Shown here in pieces: positions 15,966 through 24,976 of a stretch of 59,778 bases of DNA. The number at the start of each line of letters is the position of its first letter. The stretch's first letter is position 1. The notes beneath the pieces are model-generated. The model did no database searches, was not told the origin of the DNA, and saw nothing but the letters and a program-made list of their open reading frames with translations. The DNA lies in IMG/VR virus record IMGVR_UViG_3300027296_000001, positions 1-59,778 of that record, one strand, 5' to 3'. The translations under genes and the position numbers were made by a program. The DNA comes from a virus.

Positions 15966-16306
15966 CCCGACGTCACCGCCTCGCCGCCCGCCGGCGCCAC
16001 GAGACCATCGCGATTGAGCATGAAGGGCAGAATTACAAGGTCGGGCTTGGCCGGGAGATGGTGTGCGATGGCAGCTGCGGGGGATCGGTGCGTTTTGGCC
16101 CGGTCGCTGAGGTCTTTATCAGCGCGCAGAAGGTCAACACACAGGCAGATGTGCTCGCAAAGGACGGCGCCATCCTGATGTCGCTGGCGCTGCAGTTCGG
16201 CTGCCCGCCCGACGTCATCGCGCACGCCATGAAGCGCAACCCGGATGGCTCGCCAGCGTCGCCGCTGGGGCGGGCCGCGGCTTACCTGGTCGAGGGCGAC
16301 CGATGA
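15962..16306 (+). CDS. TSCPD-domain-like protein (resembles the C-terminal piece of class II ribonucleotide reductase)
   Basis: AEVFISAQKV..DVLAKDGAILMSLALQFGCPPDVIAHAM pattern. Confidence 0.55.
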   Translation: MTRRHRLAARRRHETIAIEHEGQNYKVGLGREMVCDGSCGGSVRFGPVAEVFISAQKVNTQADVLAKDGAILMSLALQFGCPPDVIAHAMKRNPDGSPASPLGRAAAYLVEGDR

Positions 16307-16638
16307 GCACGGCGCTGCATCAAAGAATGCTTGCGTATGACTATGGCGATGCGGATCGCAGCGGTTTGATGGAGCGCGTCTGGCGCGACACGCCGTGGAT
16401 GGTCGACGTTTATAGCGGCGGCTACTCGCGAGACCGGGATCGCGAGCACGACATCCTGACGTGGTGCTACGAACAATTCGGGGACCAGCATTCGGCTATC
16501 CACAACCGGCCAGGTCGCTGGCAGCGTGGCTCGGCCACGGTTCACGGTTGGACCTGGTTCGGATTCTCGACCGAGGCCGAGATGAAAGCTTTTGTTGATC
16601 GATGGCCCGCGCCCGAAGGCGTGAGCGTACCGCAATGA
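16303..16638 (+). CDS. Hypothetical protein
   Basis: ATGA-coupled. Confidence 0.55.
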   Translation: MSTALHQRMLAYDYGDADRSGLMERVWRDTPWMVDVYSGGYSRDRDREHDILTWCYEQFGDQHSAIHNRPGRWQRGSATVHGWTWFGFSTEAEMKAFVDRWPAPEGVSVPQ

Positions 16639-16796
16639 CCGACATCGAGCGCCAGATCCTGCTCAACCAGATCGCCATCCTGGAAGCGCTGATCCCACTC
16701 GGATCGCGCGGCCCGGACGGCACCCGCGAGATCTTGCGCAAGCGTTACCGCGAGAGCGCTGAACTCATTCGTCAACATTCGCCCAACAAAACCTGA
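16635..16796 (+). CDS. Hypothetical small protein
   Basis: ATGA-coupled, start at MTDIERQ. Confidence 0.5.
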   Translation: MTDIERQILLNQIAILEALIPLGSRGPDGTREILRKRYRESAELIRQHSPNKT

Positions 16797-16810
16797 AGGA
16801 TCCCACCGCC

Positions 16811-18748
16811 ATGGATATCAAGGTCCCGCTGAAGATGCTCAAGTTCGGCCACGAAGACGGCGAGGGCATCAATGCCCGCGTCGCCGGCCGGGAAGACGGC
16901 ATCGCCGCGCTCGCGGCCAATATTTTTGCCAACCGCTCCGACGACAATCCGTCCGGTTTGATCGAGAACTTGGTCGTGAAGGATGCCGGCGAGGGCTTCT
17001 ATTCGGTCGCCAACGGCAACCGCCGCCTGGCAGCGCTGCGCATGATCGAGGCCGAAGGCTCGGAATTGCCGATCCCGTGCACCATGCACCAGGTCGACGA
17101 GACCAAGGCCTTCGAATATTCGCTGACCACCGCCATCACCGCCGAGCAGCTGCACCCGGTCGACCAGTACGAGGCGTTCGCCCGGCTCGAGGAGCACGGC
17201 AAGACGCAGGACGAGATCGCCCAGCAATACGGCATGAAGGCGCGGCAGGTGCAACAGGCGTTGGCGCTGGGGCGGCTCAGCCCGAAGATCCGCGACGCCT
17301 GGCGCAGGGGTGACATCAAGGCGGAGGTCGCCCAGGCCTTCACGCTGGCACTCGACCACGCCACGCAGGACAAGCTCTTCGCCAAGCTCGACAAGGCCCA
17401 TGCCATTACGGTCCACAACGTCAAGCGTGAGCTCGGCGCCTACGCCACGGACGAGGAGATCACCCAGCTGCTGAACGTCGTCGGCACAGAGGCCTATCGG
17501 TCGGCTGGCGGCCACGTCACCGAAGATCTGTTCGGCACGTCGCACATCATCAGCGATGAGGCGCTGCTGAAGCACATGGCGCGCATGCTTCTGATCTCGA
17601 AGTGCGAGGAGTTCACCGCCTCGGGCTGGGGCTGGGCCGAGATCCTGTCCGATCTGCCGAACGGTGCGCGTTTCTGGCCAGTCTCGGAAGTGAAGACGAA
17701 GATCTTCGAGGGTGACGAGGAACAGCGTCTCGAACAGATCCGGGCGCGGCTGACGGCGATCGACGACAGCGACGAGATGATCACCGACGAAATCGAGCAG
17801 GAGCAAGATCGGCTCGCGGGTGAGGCGGACGCGATCGAGCAAGCTGTGAAGTTGCGCAGCTACACCGACAAGAAGCGCAAGCAGCTCGGCTGCATCGTCA
17901 CGATCGAGGACGGCAGGCTGGTCGTGCTTGCCGGCATCAAGCGACCTGAGGAGGCGAGGGCACCAGCCCGTGACGATGACGACGCTAGCGGGACGGGATC
18001 GAGCAAGCCAGCAGCGCCGGCAAAGCTGGCTCCCGAGGAGCCGGAGATCTCGAACGCGCTGCTGCACCGCCTCTCGGTCCAGCTCACCCAGGCGGCCGCC
18101 ACTGCGCTGATCCAGGACACGCCGCTGGCGCTCGCGGTGCTGCTCGCCGGCTTCGACACCTATGGCGGCAACGGCGTCAAGGTGTCCGTCAGCGGCCTCG
18201 GCATGGGGGGCTCACCGGGCAAGCTGTTCGGCCAGCCCGACGATCTGCCGCGCACGCTGGCGCTCGCATCGAAGCTGAAGCCGGCTGAGAAGCTGGACCT
18301 CCTCGTCCAGGTCGCTGCCGGCGCGTTGGACTTCCAGAACGCCGGCCTCAACGGCGGCGCCGACGAACACGACTCCGTCGTCTCGATCTGTAACGCCATC
18401 GAGCCGAAGGTGCTGAACGCCGCGCTGCGCGGTGCCTTCGATGCGAAGGATTACTTCGCCGGCGTCAACAAGGCGCTCTGCCTTAAGGCGATCGGGGAAG
18501 CGCTGGGCGCCGATGTTGCGCGACAGCAGGCCAAGAACTCGAAAGGTGAGATCGCAGCATTTGCGGCCGAGAACGTGCCACCGACCAACTGGCTGCCCCT
18601 GCAGCTGCGCGCCAAGGGCTATGACGGCCCGCCGGTGAAGAAGCCATCCGGCAAGGTCGCGCGCTCGGTGAAGGCGAAGAAGCCGGTCAAATCTGCCGCA
18701 AAGAAGGCCGCGAAGAAGCCCGCCAAAAAGCCGGCAAAGAAGAAGTAG
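16811..18748 (+). CDS. ParB/Spo0J-like N-terminal-domain protein with a Lys/Ala/Pro-rich tail
   Basis: VANGNRRLAALRM (GxRRxxA box) and an HTH region QDEIAQQYGMKARQVQQAL. The C-terminus is KKPVKSAAKKAAKKPAKKPAKKK. Confidence 0.8.
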   Translation: MDIKVPLKMLKFGHEDGEGINARVAGREDGIAALAANIFANRSDDNPSGLIENLVVKDAGEGFYSVANGNRRLAALRMIEAEGSELPIPCTMHQVDETKAFEYSLTTAITAEQLHPVDQYEAFARLEEHGKTQDEIAQQYGMKARQVQQALALGRLSPKIRDAWRRGDIKAEVAQAFTLALDHATQDKLFAKLDKAHAITVHNVKRELGAYATDEEITQLLNVVGTEAYRSAGGHVTEDLFGTSHIISDEALLKHMARMLLISKCEEFTASGWGWAEILSDLPNGARFWPVSEVKTKIFEGDEEQRLEQIRARLTAIDDSDEMITDEIEQEQDRLAGEADAIEQAVKLRSYTDKKRKQLGCIVTIEDGRLVVLAGIKRPEEARAPARDDDDASGTGSSKPAAPAKLAPEEPEISNALLHRLSVQLTQAAATALIQDTPLALAVLLAGFDTYGGNGVKVSVSGLGMGGSPGKLFGQPDDLPRTLALASKLKPAEKLDLLVQVAAGALDFQNAGLNGGADEHDSVVSICNAIEPKVLNAALRGAFDAKDYFAGVNKALCLKAIGEALGADVARQQAKNSKGEIAAFAAENVPPTNWLPLQLRAKGYDGPPVKKPSGKVARSVKAKKPVKSAAKKAAKKPAKKPAKKK

Positions 18749-18755
18749 CGCCGCT

Positions 18756-19022
18756 ATGGCAGGCGAGGCGCACGACGGCATTGTCACCTTCGAGCCTCTG
18801 ACGCTCGGCCGCGAAGCCGTGCTGCTCGGCAAGGTGAGGGTCGGTGAGATCATTCCGCTCGATGGCGGCCGGCACCAGGCCTGCTTCCGCCTGACCTTGC
18901 CCGATGCGAGTGCAAGCATCGCCTGGTGGCCTGTCGCCGACATCTCCGACGCGCGGCGGCTGGCGGCGAGCAAGATCAATGACTGGATGCTAGCGGCCGG
19001 CCTGGTGCCGGCGGGAGGGTGA
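18756..19022 (+). CDS. Hypothetical protein
   Basis: 88-aa ORF in the operon. Confidence 0.5.
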   Translation: MAGEAHDGIVTFEPLTLGREAVLLGKVRVGEIIPLDGGRHQACFRLTLPDASASIAWWPVADISDARRLAASKINDWMLAAGLVPAGG

Positions 19023-19023
19023 C

Positions 19024-19311
19024 GTGACATCGATTTTGAGAATGATTAGGCGCGCTGCTTTCGCTTACGCCGTGATCGGCCTGCTCACTTGGGCTGACTG
19101 GCATTTTGTCTGGCTCAAGGACGACAAGATGCCGCCTCCGTGGGATCGCGCCACTGTTTCGATGACGTTCGGTCCGTTCATAGCCCTGAGTTGGCCTTGG
19201 CAGTGGATGGCCTTCTATGAGCTCGGCACGTGGTCGTGGATGCCACCGACCCCGGACCAACTATACGGCTGCACGATTGAGCAACGGGCCCCGAACGGAG
19301 AATGTCAATGA
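19024..19311 (+). CDS. Hypothetical Trp-rich membrane protein
   Basis: GTG start. Has a hydrophobic segment. Confidence 0.5.
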   Translation: MTSILRMIRRAAFAYAVIGLLTWADWHFVWLKDDKMPPPWDRATVSMTFGPFIALSWPWQWMAFYELGTWSWMPPTPDQLYGCTIEQRAPNGECQ

Positions 19312-20522
19312 CTAACGAGTTTCACTGGCGCGATGGCTGGTATTTTGAGCGGACCCAGGACGGGGGCGTTCGGGTCCGAAATGACGCTATTGTTGAGTTT
19401 GTTATCCCCGCTAGCGAGTGGCCATCAATTGTAGCTGCAGTCTCGTCCCAAGGATCAAGTGGCGATGCTTACCGGCTAGCAACTGATCTCCATAACAATG
19501 GGGGCGGCGACGAATTAAGAGGCGCGTTCGCCTGCCCGATTTGCGGTAAGAATACGCCTCACCACCACACGTCTGATGAGGCCAAGCAGAACCGCCGCCC
19601 CACTATCGCGGCTATAATTGCCGATTGTCGCGAAGCGGCCGGACACTATCGTAAATACTTCGCGGCCGGAATGACCGTATCGGTTGAGTCCGTCGCAGAC
19701 ATCTACGAACGCTTAGTCGGCAACCTGGAGCGTGCGGCAGCCTCTCAGTCCCCGGCAGAGGGCGCGGCGGCAGATGTCATCGAACGGGTAGCGCGTGAGA
19801 ACGTCTCAGACCCGGCAACGGATGACCTGACCGTTCCGCTTGCGATCAAACTGGCCGAGGTCGAGGCCGAGCGAGACAAGTGGCACCGTGTTGCCATGGA
19901 GGCCGGTGCGGTTACGTGCCAGGGCGGCGGTCACATCTACCCGCTCCGCGATCGGGTCAAACAGTTGGAAGCACAGGTCGAGAGTGCGAAGTGGCGCGGC
20001 ATCAAGACAGCTCCACCGCGGGAAGCTTCACACCTCGAACTGCTGCGCCTTAGTATCGAGGAGCAATACCGCGACCGCCCGACGGGTTGTGGCACATCGT
20101 TCGGTGAAATTCTCTGTTGGGAGATTCACTCAAGAGGCATGACGTTTGTGTGGCTCGCTGAGAAGTGGGGCGTTGGCCTCGCCACGCTCGGTGAATTGGT
20201 GTGGGACCACTGCAAGCGTCTAGAAAGCGTGCCGGTCGTCAACCACGACTACCCGGCGCCGGAAACGACCGAGGGTGAGAAGTGGCAGGATATCGCAACC
20301 TTCGAGCCGCCTCCGTTCGATAAGGAACGCTGGTATCAGGACGTTTTTAGCTGTCTCGGCGCGAACGGCAATCACTTCATGGGCCAGATTTTCTACCGTT
20401 ATACACAGTGCGGCGAGGGGCGCTGGAAGGACGAGCGCGGATGTGTCTGCAAGCCAACGCACTGGATGCCCAGCCCCTCGCTCCCATCGACAATGCTCGG
20501 ATCTGTGGAGGGCGGCAAATGA
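19308..20522 (+). CDS. Multidomain protein with a DUF551-like C-terminus
   Basis: C-terminal W.DI....PTHWMPSP pattern. N-terminal FHWRDGWYFER module. The SD favours ATG 19308 over 19302. Lower GC than the flanks. Confidence 0.6.
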   Translation: MTNEFHWRDGWYFERTQDGGVRVRNDAIVEFVIPASEWPSIVAAVSSQGSSGDAYRLATDLHNNGGGDELRGAFACPICGKNTPHHHTSDEAKQNRRPTIAAIIADCREAAGHYRKYFAAGMTVSVESVADIYERLVGNLERAAASQSPAEGAAADVIERVARENVSDPATDDLTVPLAIKLAEVEAERDKWHRVAMEAGAVTCQGGGHIYPLRDRVKQLEAQVESAKWRGIKTAPPREASHLELLRLSIEEQYRDRPTGCGTSFGEILCWEIHSRGMTFVWLAEKWGVGLATLGELVWDHCKRLESVPVVNHDYPAPETTEGEKWQDIATFEPPPFDKERWYQDVFSCLGANGNHFMGQIFYRYTQCGEGRWKDERGCVCKPTHWMPSPSLPSTMLGSVEGGK

Positions 20523-20959
20523 TCAAACAGCGCATCCCGACCGACTGCGCGATCTGCACCATCGCGATGGCTATCGAGCGGCCATACGAAGACGTAATGG
20601 AAGCAGCGATGAATTCTGATGCGTGGCACCCGGAGAAGGGAATGCGCGCAGAATTCAAGGTGCTTGAGCATTTCGGCTTTAAGCAGATGGTGAACTTCAG
20701 GGTAATGCATCGCGGCCCATTGGCGCCGGAATACTTCCTGCATTTTTCATGGGGTCGTCCCGCCATCTTGGCTGTCCCGAGCCTCAACATCGAGGGCATG
20801 TTTCATTCGGTATATTGGAGCGGTACAGAACTGCATGATCCTTGCACCTCAAAAACCTATTCTGAGTGGAAGGAGCTAAGGCCAGACGAGATCATTCTGT
20901 TTGGCGCTTCCCCGCTGACGCGCCCCGCACACTCTTCAACGGAGCGCGAACATGGATGA
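20519..20959 (+). CDS. Hypothetical protein; possible papain-fold (C39-like) Cys peptidase
   Basis: QRIPTDCAICTIAMAI followed later by FHSVYWSG. ATGA-coupled. Confidence 0.5.
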   Translation: MIKQRIPTDCAICTIAMAIERPYEDVMEAAMNSDAWHPEKGMRAEFKVLEHFGFKQMVNFRVMHRGPLAPEYFLHFSWGRPAILAVPSLNIEGMFHSVYWSGTELHDPCTSKTYSEWKELRPDEIILFGASPLTRPAHSSTEREHG

Positions 20960-21251
20960 ACTCAACAACAAGCCGCGTAGGCGCGTTGTCTTCATCGCCA
21001 AGATCGAAGCCGACGATTGGGCTCGTCTAAGCGACGAGCTTGCCCATATGTCCCGCGAAGTTGATCGCGGCTTCATGCGCAGCGTGTCCATCTCTGGCGG
21101 CTATTCGTGCGGGCACATCGTTGTCGCGTCGGAAGACGGCTCGATGGACCATGACAAGTGGTCCAAGGATCTGAACGAATATCTCGAACGCGAGCGCGCC
21201 GCTGCTTCCGAGCATTCTCCGGAAGTGCTTCAACCTGAGGATCGCAAATGA
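20952..21251 (+). CDS. Hypothetical protein
   Basis: 99-aa ORF. Confidence 0.5.
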   Translation: MDELNNKPRRRVVFIAKIEADDWARLSDELAHMSREVDRGFMRSVSISGGYSCGHIVVASEDGSMDHDKWSKDLNEYLERERAAASEHSPEVLQPEDRK

Positions 21252-21739
21252 CCGAACTAGAACAGGCGCAAGCCGACTTGGATGCCGCAATCGCCGAGCA
21301 GAAGGCGGCTGAGCGCGCCGTCGATTCCAAAATATCCAAGGTCAACGCCGCTCGATCGCGCCTGATTGAGGCCAAACGAAAGGTCGCTGCGGCTATTCCC
21401 GTTGATCGTTCCGCCCGCACGCTGACGGACGGTAGTCCCGTCACCGCAGATCACCGCGAGATCAACCCAGCGACCGGCCTACAGAAGGGCTACGTCGTCC
21501 TGAGCGAACAGGAGAGAGCAAAGGGTTTCGTCAGGCCCTATCGGGACGCTTACCGACACAGCAAGTGCGGCGCCATCACCACCATGAGCCGACCGCTCGC
21601 CGAGACATATGCGCGCGACCCCGAATTCTACAGCGCTACATTCTGCTCCACCTGCCGATCCCATTTCCCGGTCGGCGAGGACGGCGAGTTTACTTGGTAC
21701 GAGATGGACGGCACCGAAGGGCCGAAGGTGGGCACATGA
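21248..21739 (+). CDS. Hypothetical protein, coiled coil plus a Cys cluster
   Basis: KCGAITTM....FCSTCRSHF. Confidence 0.55.
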   Translation: MTELEQAQADLDAAIAEQKAAERAVDSKISKVNAARSRLIEAKRKVAAAIPVDRSARTLTDGSPVTADHREINPATGLQKGYVVLSEQERAKGFVRPYRDAYRHSKCGAITTMSRPLAETYARDPEFYSATFCSTCRSHFPVGEDGEFTWYEMDGTEGPKVGT

Positions 21740-21990
21740 GCGTCCGCCTCGCGAAGCCTGAGCATGAAGTGCTCTATCAGGATCTAGTGAAGCTGCTGGG
21801 CCGCCACGCCGATAAAGTGACGTCCGAAGAGGTGCTGGCGATCGGCGCCAACATGCTCGGCAAGCTCCTGGCCTACCAAGACCAGCGCACGATGACCCGC
21901 GAGCGCGGCCTGGACATCATCATCAAGAACATCGAGGAGGGCAATCAGCAGGCCGTCGCCGAGCTGATGAAGAGCCGGGGGCGTGCATGA
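21736..21990 (+). CDS. Hypothetical protein
   Basis: ATGA-coupled. Confidence 0.55.
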   Translation: MSVRLAKPEHEVLYQDLVKLLGRHADKVTSEEVLAIGANMLGKLLAYQDQRTMTRERGLDIIIKNIEEGNQQAVAELMKSRGRA

Positions 21991-22072
21991 ACCGCCCCGA
22001 TCAGATCTCGACGGATAGCATGGGCGCGAACCGCCAGCAGAACACGTCAGACCGCTCGAAGGGCGGATCCTG

Positions 22073-22537
22073 ATGGTTGCTTATTCCTACAAAGGCCGCT
22101 TCGTCGCCCCGATCCGTGTAGGCCTCGGCTTGGCGGTCCGAGACGAAGACCGCGAGCTCGGCAGCTACCAGCCCGGCCAGATCATCAAGCCGAAGAGGCA
22201 GACGGTCCGCTCCAACGGCAAGAAGCGCCACGCGCGGCCGGGTGAAACCGTGCAGCTGTACCATGCCCAGCGGTCGCCGAAGTGCTTCAAGATCGGCGAG
22301 GGCAGGTGCTCTCAAACGAGCGCGATCAGGATCTTCGTCGAGGCCGGCCGGATCGTCATCAATCCGAACTGTGATCACGAGGTCGTCTACAGCAGGGCGA
22401 AACAGCTGGATTCGTTCGCGCAGAGTGACGGCTTCCAGGATTGGCCGGACATGCAAGCCTTCTGGCGCGACGAACATGGTGATCTGAAGAAGCTCGGGCC
22501 GTTCGTCGGGGTGCTGATCGAATGGGTGCCTCTATGA
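22073..22537 (+). CDS. ASCH/PUA-like domain protein (tentative)
   Basis: K.QTVR...G..V.L......C.....I.I...A.SDGF pattern. Confidence 0.5.
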   Translation: MVAYSYKGRFVAPIRVGLGLAVRDEDRELGSYQPGQIIKPKRQTVRSNGKKRHARPGETVQLYHAQRSPKCFKIGEGRCSQTSAIRIFVEAGRIVINPNCDHEVVYSRAKQLDSFAQSDGFQDWPDMQAFWRDEHGDLKKLGPFVGVLIEWVPL

Positions 22538-22821
22538 CCTCCAATTTCGATCTGCCCAAACACGCTTCCGACAAGGTAACGCGCGCTCTTAAAGACGTCC
22601 TGCAACTCACGGATGACCCTGGTGAGCATTTGCGCATCTGCCTGCTCGCGTCAGGTGTGTGCATCGGGGGCGCAGGGCAGGCAATGGCCCAACTCGCGAA
22701 AAACGACGGCGAGCAGATCTCCGACGTGGATGCAAAACTCGAGATCGTGAAGCTGCTCGAGGTGCTCGTGTCCAAGGGCGCCGACGCTGCGGTGAAGTAC
22801 CTGGAGGGCAGCGGAGAATGA
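22522..22821 (+). CDS. Hypothetical protein
   Basis: 99-aa ORF. Alternative start at 22534. Confidence 0.5.
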   Translation: MGASMTSNFDLPKHASDKVTRALKDVLQLTDDPGEHLRICLLASGVCIGGAGQAMAQLAKNDGEQISDVDAKLEIVKLLEVLVSKGADAAVKYLEGSGE

Positions 22822-23237
22822 AGCCTTCAGACAAGATCGCCCAGCTGCAGATAGAGCGAGACGAGGCGGACCGCGCCGCCGGCGCGGCGATGCGAAGGAT
22901 TGCCACTCTCGAAGACAATGAGCGCAAATCAGCGATGTGGCTCTCGGAGGCTAAGCGGGCAGAGGGCTATTCCGACAACACCTCGTTCGACGACGTTTGG
23001 GCAGCTGTCCGCGCCGAGCGCGATCGCCTGCGGGCGCTGGTCGCCTCAGATCCGGTTAAGGCTGACACCGATCGGCTTGATTGGCTCGACGCGGTGAACC
23101 AGCGCGCCAACGCGCGCAACGGTTCGAAGTATGGCTGGAAATTCGACATCAACCACAATCGCGCGGCGCTGACGGATAACAACATCCCGGCGCTGTCCAT
23201 ACGCGTCGCGATCGATTCCGCGCGCGACAAAAGGTGA
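22818..23237 (+). CDS. Hypothetical coiled-coil protein
   Basis: ATGA-coupled. Confidence 0.55.
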   Translation: MKPSDKIAQLQIERDEADRAAGAAMRRIATLEDNERKSAMWLSEAKRAEGYSDNTSFDDVWAAVRAERDRLRALVASDPVKADTDRLDWLDAVNQRANARNGSKYGWKFDINHNRAALTDNNIPALSIRVAIDSARDKR

Positions 23238-23247
23238 GCTTGGTCCG

Positions 23248-23553
23248 ATGAAACCGCCCGGCAAAACCACGCTCGCCCGCATGCAGCACACAGCCATGTC
23301 CGAGGCCGAGCGGATCGAGATCACCCAAGACTATTGGGTTAAGGATGGCCGCATCAAGGAGCCTGAGCCCCATCTCGTCGCGCGCCGAGATGACTTCGTA
23401 GGCATAGTCCGGTTGATCGACGCCATCAACAGCGATCAGGACCTCCTCGATCGCGTAAAGCGGCGTATGGCGGCCCAGGCAGCGGACGCCGCGGCCGCGT
23501 CGGCGGCGCCGCCCGCAGATGACGCAACGGACGATACCGAGGCCGCCGACTGA
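23248..23553 (+). CDS. Hypothetical protein, acidic Ala-rich tail
   Basis: 101-aa ORF. Confidence 0.5.
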   Translation: MKPPGKTTLARMQHTAMSEAERIEITQDYWVKDGRIKEPEPHLVARRDDFVGIVRLIDAINSDQDLLDRVKRRMAAQAADAAAASAAPPADDATDDTEAAD

Positions 23554-24770
23554 TGGCCCGTATCACGGACGACGAACTCGACGACATCCGCGCCCGCAAC
23601 CCGATCTCGGACATCGCCTCGGGCTATACGAAGCTGCGACGCGCCGGCGGGCGCACGGTCGGCGCGTGCCCGCTTTGCGGAGGCCGGGTGTCGTCCTCGC
23701 GCTTCGAAGTCTTCGAGAAGGATCAAGGTTGGGCCTGCGCGGCCTGTCATGAGGGCGGCGACGTGATCCGCCTGGTCGAGAAGGTCGAGGGCTGCGACTT
23801 CCGCGCCGCGATCGAGCGTCTCGGCGGCCGCACCGCAATCGACGCCGCTCGTGCCAAGGAACTGTTCGAGCAGCGCGAGCGCAAGCGCCTGGCGCGGGAG
23901 AAGACCTCGGCCGACTATCGCGAGGTCGAGCGGAAGCGGCTGCACCGGCTGTGGAAGCTGCAGGGCAGCAAGGGCGGCGGACAGAGCCTTCCGATTCACG
24001 GCACCATCGCCGCGCGCTACCTCGAAGGTCGCGGCTTGATGTTGCCAGAGCATTGTCCCGGTCTGCGTTTCATTCCCTTGATGCCATACTGGCACGGCGA
24101 GACCATCGACGAGCACGGCCGCAAGGCGGGCCCGCGCAAGATCCACGAAGGGCCAGCGATGGTCGGCGCCTTCATCCGGCCGGACGGCAAGTTCGGCGGG
24201 CTGCATCTGACCTGGCTGAACGTCATTATGTCACCCGATGACGTAACGCCGCCGGCGCCGACCAAGGCCGAGATCCTCGATCCCGATTCCGGCGAGATCC
24301 TCAACGCCAAGAAGATGCGCGGCTCCAAGACTGGTGCGTACATCGCCATTGTGATGCACGCCGCGCCGCGGCGTCTGGTGATTGGCGAGGGGATCGAGAC
24401 CGTGCTCTCGGTCTGGACCGCGATGCACCAGGCCGGCCGCGAGCTCGACGACATGGCTTTCTGGGCCGCCGGCGACCTCGGCAACCTCGCCGGCCGGGCG
24501 AACAAGACGATCAACCACCCGACCTTGAGGCGGCCGAACGGCCAGCCCCAGAAGGTGCCCGATCGCTTCCCGGATCTGGAAGACCCTGGCTTGTCGATCC
24601 CCGATTCCGTCGAGGAACTGATCCTGCTCGGCGACGGCGACAGCGAGAGGGTGCTGACCGAGAACGCCATGGAACGCGCCGCGCGCCGTTACGCGCGGGA
24701 GGGGCGCGTGATCCGGATTGCGTTCGCGCCGTCCGGACTAGACTTCAATGATTTGCTGAGGGCGGCATGA
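23553..24770 (+). CDS. DNA primase (CHC2 zinc finger plus Toprim)
   Basis: CPLCGG...ACAACHEGGDVI zinc finger. Toprim motifs VIGEGIETVLS and LILLGDGDSE. Confidence 0.85.
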   Translation: MARITDDELDDIRARNPISDIASGYTKLRRAGGRTVGACPLCGGRVSSSRFEVFEKDQGWACAACHEGGDVIRLVEKVEGCDFRAAIERLGGRTAIDAARAKELFEQRERKRLAREKTSADYREVERKRLHRLWKLQGSKGGGQSLPIHGTIAARYLEGRGLMLPEHCPGLRFIPLMPYWHGETIDEHGRKAGPRKIHEGPAMVGAFIRPDGKFGGLHLTWLNVIMSPDDVTPPAPTKAEILDPDSGEILNAKKMRGSKTGAYIAIVMHAAPRRLVIGEGIETVLSVWTAMHQAGRELDDMAFWAAGDLGNLAGRANKTINHPTLRRPNGQPQKVPDRFPDLEDPGLSIPDSVEELILLGDGDSERVLTENAMERAARRYAREGRVIRIAFAPSGLDFNDLLRAA

Positions 24771-24976
24771 GGGGGGCGAAGATACAAGCGATGGCGCGAA
24801 TTGCGCGCGAGACAGACGCACTGGGCTTTAGTGAGTTTCCAAATTACATGCTCCCGAATATGCGCCAGTGGGCGGAGGATGGGCTCGTTGATCTCAGCAC
24901 GGGCCCGACCGGCAATCGTGCAGTGATCACGGAAGCCGGCCGCGCTCTCGCCAGAAAGGCGATTGCGCCCAAATGA
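24767..24976 (+). CDS. Hypothetical small protein
   Basis: ATGA-coupled between the primase and the helicase. Confidence 0.5.
   Translation: MRGAKIQAMARIARETDALGFSEFPNYMLPNMRQWAEDGLVDLSTGPTGNRAVITEAGRALARKAIAPK

Noticed and set aside
16772-18067. Long antisense or alternative-frame ORFs. Examples are 16772-18067, 34635-35777, 40464-41897, 43819-44904, 47296-48402, 50801-51922, 9992-11032, 14603-15595 and 33419-34405 (all minus strand), and 29822-30736 (plus strand).
   Set aside because: They are typical high-GC artefacts. They lie opposite to, or out of frame with, genes that have clear motifs. Their translations are Arg/Gly/Ala/Pro-rich with no recognisable domains, and they break the translational coupling seen in the sense genes.
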